NCBI GenBank assembly: GCA_034722275.1
Contig: JAYENW010000001.1
Span: 122,825-186,824, forward strand
Direction: 5' to 3'
Source: Chloroflexota bacterium
Lineage (GTDB): Bacteria > Chloroflexota > Dehalococcoidia > GIF9 > AB-539-J10
DNA length: 64,000 nucleotides
In this document: positions 47,832-55,116 of the stretch, piece after piece
Numbering within the stretch: the first letter of the stretch is position 1
How the letters are laid out: each line of letters opens with the position of its first letter
The notes under the pieces: model-generated
Told to the model about the DNA's origin: nothing
Databases searched by the model: none
Seen by the model: only the letters and a program-made list of their open reading frames with translations
Made by a program: the position numbers and the translations under genes

Positions 47832-48965
47832 ATGGCAAAGCAAATTTATACTCCAGGAGTAGCAAAAATTAAGGCCATAGGTATTGGTGGTGGTGGTTGC
47901 AATGCCATCACGCGCATGGTTCGTGAAGGAATTAAAGGTGTTGATTTCATCGCTATGAATACTGATGGACAGGCGCTCTCACTGGCTGAGGCATCCACCA
48001 GGATTCAACTCGGAGAAAAATTGACACGGGGGCTGGGTGCTGGAGGTGACCATAAAATTGGAGCCAAGGCAGCGGAGGAAAGTCGACAAGAGATAGATGA
48101 TCTTGTTGAAGGGTCTGACATGGTGTTTATCACTGCTGGCATGGGTGGTGGTACAGGTACCGGTGGCATTCCGGTTGTAGCTGAGATCGCCAAACAATCT
48201 GGTGCTCTTACTATCGCGGTGGTAACCAAGCCATTCGGTTTTGAGGGGACACACAGAGCTGAAGTAGGTGAGGAAGGTTTGCTGACCTTGAGCGACAAGG
48301 TCGATACATTAATTATTATACCCAATGACCGCTTGCTTCAACTCTGCGATGCCAAGACAACCATAGAGGGTGCATTTGGTTTGGCGAATGATGCTCTTCG
48401 CTTGGGGGTCAAAGCTATTTCTGAGGTGGTTACCGTTCCTGGTTTGATTAACCTTGACTTCGCTGATATCAGGTCAGTGATGAAGGATGCTGGTCCTGCT
48501 TGGATGTCTGTGGGCAGAGCCAGTGGGCAAAACCGTGCTGCCGAAGCTGCTAAAATAGCTCTAGCCAGTCCTTTGCTTGATGTGGCTGTAGCTGGTGCCA
48601 AAGGTGTCCTGTTCAACATTACCGGAGGCTCAAGTCTTACCTTATTTGAGTGCAACGAGGCTGCTCAAGTGATTACCCAGGCGGTTGACTCCGAGGCTAA
48701 TGTAATATTCGGTGTAGTGTTTAATCCTGAGATGGATGGTGAAGTTGAGCTCACTATCATTGCTACAGGTTTTGTTACCCAGTATGGCCAGAAGAGAAGT
48801 GCTGTTGAGAACCTGCGCCGCTTGATAAAGGGAGACTCTGAAGTTCTGGATGTGCCTTCTTTCTTACGCCGCTCACAACGCTTCCCTGCCTATAATAATG
48901 TAATAGGTAATTCCCCAAGCACTAAGCCAGTAGTTCCAACACCGTATAAAGTGTCTAAGCGGTAA
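47832..48965 (+). CDS. ftsZ: Cell division GTPase FtsZ
   Basis: IGIGGGGCNA, tubulin signature GMGGGTGTGG and NDRL. Confidence 0.95.
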   Translation: MAKQIYTPGVAKIKAIGIGGGGCNAITRMVREGIKGVDFIAMNTDGQALSLAEASTRIQLGEKLTRGLGAGGDHKIGAKAAEESRQEIDDLVEGSDMVFITAGMGGGTGTGGIPVVAEIAKQSGALTIAVVTKPFGFEGTHRAEVGEEGLLTLSDKVDTLIIIPNDRLLQLCDAKTTIEGAFGLANDALRLGVKAISEVVTVPGLINLDFADIRSVMKDAGPAWMSVGRASGQNRAAEAAKIALASPLLDVAVAGAKGVLFNITGGSSLTLFECNEAAQVITQAVDSEANVIFGVVFNPEMDGEVELTIIATGFVTQYGQKRSAVENLRRLIKGDSEVLDVPSFLRRSQRFPAYNNVIGNSPSTKPVVPTPYKVSKR

Positions 48966-48983
48966 ACCTAAACTTCTTTGGAT

Positions 48984-49017
48984 AAAAGGGGGCAGCTATA
49001 GCTGCCCCCTTTTATTA
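48984..49017 (+). terminator. Rho-independent terminator after ftsZ
   Basis: Perfect stem AAAAGGGGGCAGC / GCTGCCCCCTTTT with loop TATA, followed by TTTTATTATT. Confidence 0.85.
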
Positions 49018-49066
49018 TTGTCAACAAAAAATAATCTCATATCCTCATCAAAAGTAGGTGAAAAGG

Positions 49067-49096
49067 TTGAATTTTACTACATTTAGTGGTACAATA
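49067..49096 (+). promoter_or_regulatory. Candidate nrdR-nrdJ promoter
   Basis: TTGAAT (49067-49072), an 18-nt spacer, then TACAAT (49091-49096). Confidence 0.45.
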
Positions 49097-49104
49097 CTAA
49101 TATA

Positions 49105-49120
49105 ACACAATTTGTGGTGG
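49105..49120 (+). promoter_or_regulatory. Candidate NrdR box
   Basis: ACACAATTTGTGGTGG matches about 12 of 16 positions of the NrdR-box consensus as I remember it (acaCwAtATaTwGtgt), with a CACAA-T-TTGTG palindrome core. A weaker second site lies at 49076-49091. Confidence 0.35.
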
Positions 49121-49124
49121 GATT

Positions 49125-49640
49125 ATGAAATGTCCCTATTGTGATGGAATACAGTCTAAGGTGGTAGATTCACGAGCTGTGAATGATGGGATAAGGCGGC
49201 GGAGGCAATGTCGCTTTTGTGGTACTCGTTTTACTACCTATGAGCGTATTCAGATGCACAAGATTTTTGTAGTTAAGAAAGACAAACGGCGCGAGGAGTT
49301 TAACCGAGAGAAGCTCTTTCAGGGCATCCGCAAAGCTTGTGAGAAACGCCCTTTACCTGCAGGCGCTATTGATAAGCTCGTAGATAATATTGAGGCTGAG
49401 CTCTACGAAAAAGGCAAAAATGAAGTGCCCAGTTCTCTTATTGGCGACTTGGTTATGGAGGAATTGAGAAAATTGGACCGTATCGCTTATATTCGTTTTG
49501 CTAGTGTTTATCGAGAATTCGCTGATATAGGCGAGTTGAAACAGGTAGTGGATAACTTGGCTGTTGATGGAGTTACCGTATCAGTCAATCAGTTGCCCAT
49601 GTTGTCTTCCAAAAAGATAAGTCCCTTGGGGAATTGTTGA
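49125..49640 (+). CDS. nrdR: Transcriptional repressor NrdR
   Basis: Zinc ribbon MKCPYC...CRFCGTRFTTYE plus ATP-cone VVKKDKRREEFNREKL. Confidence 0.95.
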   Translation: MKCPYCDGIQSKVVDSRAVNDGIRRRRQCRFCGTRFTTYERIQMHKIFVVKKDKRREEFNREKLFQGIRKACEKRPLPAGAIDKLVDNIEAELYEKGKNEVPSSLIGDLVMEELRKLDRIAYIRFASVYREFADIGELKQVVDNLAVDGVTVSVNQLPMLSSKKISPLGNC

Positions 49641-49649
49641 GGTGTAAGA

Positions 49650-52199
49650 ATGTCTGGGACAGGTAGAAAAGCGAGCCAAAAAGTTATTGGTAAAGGCAGA
49701 GTAGCCAGAGCTGTCTTCTCTGCTGCTGAATCTATCGGGGTAAGCGATAGAAAATTTTTGGAAAAGTTCACTGAGCAGTTGAGCCAGCGTCTGGGGGTAG
49801 CTCAACCTCTGCCTGGCATGGAGGAATTTGTTCTGCCAAGAACTAGCCGTTCTCTTCCCTCTTCAAAGGTTAGGGACACAATGGAGGGAGTTTCAGCCGT
49901 GGAAGAACTTTCCCCCCAATCCGGTAGCCAGATTGTTTCTGGCATCAAACTGAGTAGCAATGCCTTGAGGCTACTGGAAAGACGGTATTTGAGGAAAGAT
50001 AAGGTGGGGAAAATTATTGAGACTCCTGAGGATTTATTTCGTCGTGTGGCCCGGCATATTGCCTCGGCTGAGCTTCTTTATGATCCTGAGGCGGATATCT
50101 CTTTCTGGGAGGAAAAATTTTACCAGTTGATGGCGAATCTGGATTTTCTACCCAATTCACCTACGTTGATGAATGCTGGACGCGAACTGGGACAGTTATC
50201 AGCTTGTTTTGTTATTCCCATTGATGACTTCATAGAATCTATTTTTGATGCTGTTAAACATACTGCTTTAATTCATAAAAGTGGGGGAGGCACAGGTTTT
50301 TCCTTTTCGCGGCTCAGGCCAGAGAGTGATAGAGTTGGCTCTACTGGTGGGGTAGCGAGCGGTCCTGTTTCCTTTATGCGGGCCTTTGATACCACTACTG
50401 ATGTGATAAAGCAAGGCGGCATGCGCCGCGGAGCTAATATGGCTGTTCTTAAGGTCGACCATCCTGATATCATGAAATTTATCACAGTTAAAGATGACTC
50501 TCAGGCTCTAACCAATTTTAACCTTTCTGTAGCGATTAGCGATAGCTTTATGGAGGCGGAGGAAGAGGGTGATGACTATGATCTGGTTAATCCGCGAAAT
50601 GGTGAGAGAATGGGTAAAGTTAATGCCAGGGAAGTATTCGATAAAATAGTTAATATGGCCTGGCGTACTGGTGACCCTGGCGTTGTTTTTATTGACCAGA
50701 TAAATCGACATAACCCTACTCCCAATTTAGGCGAAATAGAAAGTACCAACCCCTGTGGTGAACAACCTTTACTCCCCTATGAGTCCTGTAACCTGGGTTC
50801 TATAAACTTGGCAAAAATAATAGTCTGTCAAGATGGTCAATCGGCACAGGTTGATTATGTGAGGTTGGCTCAAATTGTTACATTGGCAGTGCGATTTCTT
50901 GATGATGTCATTGATGTTAACCAGTTCCCTTTGCCTCAGATTGCTGAAGCTACAAAAGCTACTAGAAAAATAGGTTTGGGAGTGATGGGATTTGCCGATA
51001 TGTTGATACAGCTTGGTATTCCCTATGATAGCGAAGAAGCAATTAAGGCTGCAGAACAAATCATGAGTTTCATATCCGAAGAAGCGAATAAGGCGTCAAT
51101 GGAGCTGGCAGCACAAAGAGGTGTTTTCCCTGCCTTTGTGGGTAGTATTTATGATGTTCCTGATGGCCCTCGTTTTCGCAACGCTTCCCGGACTACCATT
51201 GCTCCTACCGGGAGTCTCTCCATAATTGCTAACTGCTCCAGTGGCATTGAACCCGTGTATGCCTTGAGTTATGTCCGCCACATTCTAGAAGGCGAAGAAT
51301 TTGTTGAGGTAAATCCTTATTTTGAGGAGGTGGCCCAAAAGGGCGGTTTCTATTCATCAGAGTTGATGAGAGAATTAGCTGAAGGGAAAAAGTTGAGAGA
51401 CTTCCCTGATATTTCTGAAGAGGTTAAAAGAAATTTTGTCGCTGCCAATGATGTAACCCCTGAGTGGCATGTTAGGATACAAGCAGCTTTCCAAAGATAT
51501 ACTGATAGCGCTGTATCCAAAACGGTGAATTTTCCCTACGAAGCAACGCCTGAGGATGTCAGAAAGGTCTATATGCTGGCTTACCAAAAAGGTTTAAAAG
51601 GCATTACCATTTACCGCGATAGGAGCCGTGCGAGCCAAGTTCTCACTGTGGGTGAAGGACTGAAAGAAGCCGAAGGCAAGCTGACTCCCAGAAAAAGACC
51701 TAAGGTTACTAAAGGTGTAACGGAGCGAGTGAATACCGGATGTGGATATATATATGTGACCGTGAATTTTGATGAATGGGGAATATGTGAAGTTTTTTCT
51801 ACTCTGGGGAAATCTGGTGGTTGTGCTGCAGCGCAGCTTGAGGCCATCAGCCGACTCATTTCATTAGCTTTAAGGTCAGGGGTTGATTTGGATTCCATTG
51901 TCAGGCAACTGCGTGGTATACGGTGTCCTTCCATTTCTTGGGAACAAGGACATGCTGTTATGTCCTGTGCTGATGCCATTGCTGGCGTTATTGAAAAATA
52001 TGTCAGCCAGGGGTCTGCTGATCATCCTGGCTCTGGTTCTGAATATTCTGTATCTCGTCAGGCAGTTGAAAACTTGGGCAGTGAGACTTCAAGTTTTGGA
52101 AGTGGGATCACAGGCCAATGTCCTGAATGCGGGGGCCCCTTGATTTATCAAGAAGGGTGCAACATTTGCCTTGATTGCGGCTTTACTAAATGCGGATGA
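49650..52199 (+). CDS. nrdJ: Adenosylcobalamin-dependent (class II) ribonucleotide reductase
   Basis: LSSNALRLLERRYL, active-site STNPCGEQPL, and C-terminal Cys-rich tail CPECGGPLIYQEGCNICLDCG. RBS GAGGTG precedes the ATG at 49650. About 100 aa lie N-terminal to the conserved core. Confidence 0.9.
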   Translation: MSGTGRKASQKVIGKGRVARAVFSAAESIGVSDRKFLEKFTEQLSQRLGVAQPLPGMEEFVLPRTSRSLPSSKVRDTMEGVSAVEELSPQSGSQIVSGIKLSSNALRLLERRYLRKDKVGKIIETPEDLFRRVARHIASAELLYDPEADISFWEEKFYQLMANLDFLPNSPTLMNAGRELGQLSACFVIPIDDFIESIFDAVKHTALIHKSGGGTGFSFSRLRPESDRVGSTGGVASGPVSFMRAFDTTTDVIKQGGMRRGANMAVLKVDHPDIMKFITVKDDSQALTNFNLSVAISDSFMEAEEEGDDYDLVNPRNGERMGKVNAREVFDKIVNMAWRTGDPGVVFIDQINRHNPTPNLGEIESTNPCGEQPLLPYESCNLGSINLAKIIVCQDGQSAQVDYVRLAQIVTLAVRFLDDVIDVNQFPLPQIAEATKATRKIGLGVMGFADMLIQLGIPYDSEEAIKAAEQIMSFISEEANKASMELAAQRGVFPAFVGSIYDVPDGPRFRNASRTTIAPTGSLSIIANCSSGIEPVYALSYVRHILEGEEFVEVNPYFEEVAQKGGFYSSELMRELAEGKKLRDFPDISEEVKRNFVAANDVTPEWHVRIQAAFQRYTDSAVSKTVNFPYEATPEDVRKVYMLAYQKGLKGITIYRDRSRASQVLTVGEGLKEAEGKLTPRKRPKVTKGVTERVNTGCGYIYVTVNFDEWGICEVFSTLGKSGGCAAAQLEAISRLISLALRSGVDLDSIVRQLRGIRCPSISWEQGHAVMSCADAIAGVIEKYVSQGSADHPGSGSEYSVSRQAVENLGSETSSFGSGITGQCPECGGPLIYQEGCNICLDCGFTKCG

Positions 52200-52218
52200 A
52201 GTCTAAACTCCTTTTTTC

Positions 52219-53697
52219 TTGACAGGGAAGATTGTGGTGAAGGCTAGAGTGAGAGATAATCCAAAACGCAGGGTAGCTGGTAATTGTTATCCAGCTCTGA
52301 AACAGATAAGTAGGTTAGCTAATTCCGCCTTTGGATTAAGAAGGATTTGTAATTCTATAGCTAAAAGCGCTGCTAAGGTGGTGCGAGGGAATGGCTGCCG
52401 TATCTTGTTTCTCAATCCTCAGAAAGATTATCTGGTCACTGTTGGAGCTTACGGTTTAAGCGATCTTTTTCTCAGGTATGCCCCTCTTAAGGCTCATAAA
52501 AGCCTTCCGGATATTCTTGAAGGGAAAATAGTATTTATTGCCGATGTTACTAATGATGAAAGAGTTGAGTATCCTCGAATAGGTGAGCTACAGGGGATAT
52601 CTTCTATGCTCGGAGTACCTATTCTTAGGAAGGGTGAGGTCGTTGGCGAGGTTAGAATTTATACCCATGAGCCTAGAGAATTCTCTGAGGCTGACAGAAG
52701 TTTCCTTCTCAGTGTTGCTGATGTGTGTGGTCTCCTCTTTGAAAGGACAGAACTCTATGGGTTGCTGGAGAAAGACTACAAGGCAGGCAAAAAGCGAATT
52801 AAGTCTTCAGTACCTCAATTGCCTACTAATGCATTGAGGCCAACCAGTTTTGCTCATCCTAGCGAGGAAGAATTTGCTAAGCTGCTGGATTTCTACTGTA
52901 TTGAATGGCTCTATGAGCCTCGTGCATTCCCACTTCGCTGGGGGGGAAATGGACTAGCTGAGATGTTCACTCCTGATTTCTATTTACCTGAATTGGATCT
53001 CTATATTGAGCTCACTACACTGAAACAATGCCTGATAACCGAAAAAAATCGTAAGGTACGCCGTCTCAGGGAACTTTATCCAGAAATCAATGTCAAATTA
53101 CTTAACAAGAGCGATTATATTCAGCTCCTTGCCAAATATGGCTATGGTCCTTTGGGAGAGGCTAAGGTAGAAGGGGTCGCCCGAGTTTTATACAGTCATA
53201 CACAAATTCAGAGGAGAGTTAGAGTTTTGGCCAAACATGTATCTCAGGATTATGCTGGCCAAAAACTGGTTTTGGTGGGCATCTTAAAAGGGGTTGTTTG
53301 CTTCATGTCTGATCTCATGCAGCATCTTTCCCTCCCGGTTATCCCAGATTTTATGGCTATTTCATATTATGGCGGGGATGGTCAGATAGTCAAAATAACT
53401 AAAGATCTAGATAGCAGTATAACGGAACAGCACGTGTTGATGGTTGAAGATATTGTGGATACTGGTATGACGCTAAATTATGTGCTCAAGCATCTCTCAG
53501 CTCACAACCCTGCCAGTCTCCGTGTTTGTACCTTGCTGGATAAGAGAGCGCGCCGCTTGGTGGATGTCCCTCTGGATTATATTGGCTTCGAAATTCCTGA
53601 TGAATTCGTGGTTGGTTATGGCTTGGATTACAATGGTGAATATCGGAATTTACCCTTTATTGGCATCCTCCATCCTGAGCAAATAGAAAGGGAGTAA
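52219..53697 (+). CDS. hpt: Three-part fusion: GAF domain / unassigned middle domain / hypoxanthine-guanine phosphoribosyltransferase
   Basis: The C-terminal 180 aa are canonical HPRT (LVLVGILKGVVCFMSDL, PRPP loop VLMVEDIVDTGMTL, VVGYGLDYNGEYRNLPFIG). Residues about 30-185 are GAF-like (ISSMLGVPILRKGEVVGEVRIYTHEPREFSEAD). Residues about 200-300 are unassigned. The start is uncertain (TTG at 52219; GTG at 52234 or 52237). Confidence 0.8.
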   Translation: MTGKIVVKARVRDNPKRRVAGNCYPALKQISRLANSAFGLRRICNSIAKSAAKVVRGNGCRILFLNPQKDYLVTVGAYGLSDLFLRYAPLKAHKSLPDILEGKIVFIADVTNDERVEYPRIGELQGISSMLGVPILRKGEVVGEVRIYTHEPREFSEADRSFLLSVADVCGLLFERTELYGLLEKDYKAGKKRIKSSVPQLPTNALRPTSFAHPSEEEFAKLLDFYCIEWLYEPRAFPLRWGGNGLAEMFTPDFYLPELDLYIELTTLKQCLITEKNRKVRRLRELYPEINVKLLNKSDYIQLLAKYGYGPLGEAKVEGVARVLYSHTQIQRRVRVLAKHVSQDYAGQKLVLVGILKGVVCFMSDLMQHLSLPVIPDFMAISYYGGDGQIVKITKDLDSSITEQHVLMVEDIVDTGMTLNYVLKHLSAHNPASLRVCTLLDKRARRLVDVPLDYIGFEIPDEFVVGYGLDYNGEYRNLPFIGILHPEQIERE

Positions 53698-53970
53698 AAA
53701 CACTCGCAATTCGCCTCGGGGATAAAAACATCCCAAGTAACCTCACTTCTCCTTTGGTGTTCTATCCACTCCCTTTCAGCTTCCACTTGCTCGGTTTCGA
53801 CTACCCATCCACCAAATTTCTGTTTGGTTACTTGGGACATTATCAATATAGCATAGGAAGCTAGGTGGGTGTGCTCGTCGTTCGTTGTTGTTTTGATGTG
53901 AAAAAAATTGATAAAGGGTGGCGAGGATGATACTTTCCTTCTTGTTGAAAAAGCCTTGGCAAGAACAAAG

Positions 53971-54831
53971 ATGGACAAAATTACAGCTACCAACTACAAT
54001 TATCCAGTTGTGCCTGCTCTTTATGTTATTGCTACTCCTATTGGTAATCTAGAAGATATTTCCTTGCGTGCTTTGCGCCTTTTGCAGGAAGTGAAGCTTA
54101 TTGCTGCTGAGGATACACGCACCACACGTCAGTTGCTCAATGCCTATAATATAAAAACTCCTCTAACTAGCTATCATGAGCACAATAAGTGGAGCAAGCT
54201 AGATTATTTATTGCGCTTTCTGGAAAAGCAAGATGTGGCTCTCGTTTCTGAAGCTGGTATGCCTGGCTTGAGTGACCCTGGTTATGAATTCATTGTTGCT
54301 GCCATTGCTCATGGGATTCCTGTTGTGCCGATACCAGGTGCCTCAGCGGCAGTCACTGCTTTGATAGTTTCTGGTCTACCAACTGACCAGTTCATCTACC
54401 TCGGTTTTCTGCCTCGTCGTCAGGGGCAAAGAAAGCGTTTTCTTAGTTCCATAGCTAATGAATCAAGAACTATAGTGGCCTTTGAAGCTCCACACCGTCT
54501 TCAGAAAGCATTAAAGGATATTGAGGAAACTTTAGGGGATAGGAGAGTGACTGTTTGTCGTGAGCTTAGTAAAGCTCACGAGGAAATATTCAGGGGAAGG
54601 GTGAGCCGAGCGGGAGAACATTTCACAGAACCAAGAGGGGAGTTTACTTTGGTTGTAGAAGGAAAAGCTGAAGAAGAGAATGAAGTTACAGAAGAGATGG
54701 AAAGAAAATTACAGGAGCTTTATCAACGGGGGCTCAAGGCAAAGGAGGCGATATCACAAATTTCTGGGACAAGGACTTTGTCGCGGAAGAAACTTTATCA
54801 AACCTGGCTGAGTCTTAAGAAAGGAGGCTAA
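53971..54831 (+). CDS. rsmI: 16S rRNA (cytidine1402-2'-O)-methyltransferase RsmI
   Basis: LYVIATPIGNLEDISLRALRLL, AAEDTR, SEAGMPGLSDPG and the AFEAPHR motif. Start moved to the ATG at 53971 (MDKITA). Confidence 0.9.
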   Translation: MDKITATNYNYPVVPALYVIATPIGNLEDISLRALRLLQEVKLIAAEDTRTTRQLLNAYNIKTPLTSYHEHNKWSKLDYLLRFLEKQDVALVSEAGMPGLSDPGYEFIVAAIAHGIPVVPIPGASAAVTALIVSGLPTDQFIYLGFLPRRQGQRKRFLSSIANESRTIVAFEAPHRLQKALKDIEETLGDRRVTVCRELSKAHEEIFRGRVSRAGEHFTEPRGEFTLVVEGKAEEENEVTEEMERKLQELYQRGLKAKEAISQISGTRTLSRKKLYQTWLSLKKGG

Positions 54832-54832
54832 G

Positions 54833-55039
54833 ATGCGGCGTGGTTGTATTGCTGTAGGTAAGATACAGTGTGATGGTTGCCATGGTCTTATTAATTATGG
54901 GGAGCGTTATCTAGTTATCGAAGAAGAAAGAGGAAAGCAACGTTTTTGTGTTGCTTGTTGTCTCAGGCTTGGTTATGCTTCGTACAAAATAGAGGATAAC
55001 GAGCAAGTACTTACTTTTTTCTCGAAAGAAGAGGTATGA
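54833..55039 (+). CDS. Small Cys-rich (zinc-ribbon-like) protein, function unknown
   Basis: 68 aa with CDGCH ... CVACC. Starts 1 nt after the rsmI stop. Confidence 0.45.
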   Translation: MRRGCIAVGKIQCDGCHGLINYGERYLVIEEERGKQRFCVACCLRLGYASYKIEDNEQVLTFFSKEEV

Positions 55040-55116
55040 TAAATTGATGCTAGCTGTTACCTCATAATAGCGAAGTAATTCCAAAATATTGCCTGGCGAT
55101 TATTTATAGGTGATTC

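Noticed and set aside
49650-52199. Intein or other insertion in NrdJ
   Set aside because: The overall length (849 aa) is normal once the N-terminal extension is set aside. The core motifs are contiguous, and no intein block motifs (a C/S...HN-C/S/T junction with endonuclease motifs) were seen.
53628-53993. 121-aa minus-strand ORF from the track, lying between hpt and rsmI
   Set aside because: Its 5' part overlaps the rsmI start region, and its 3' 70 nt are antisense to the highly conserved HPRT C-terminus. It has no recognisable motif or RBS. Only the gene-free gap itself is reported, as a low-interest finding.
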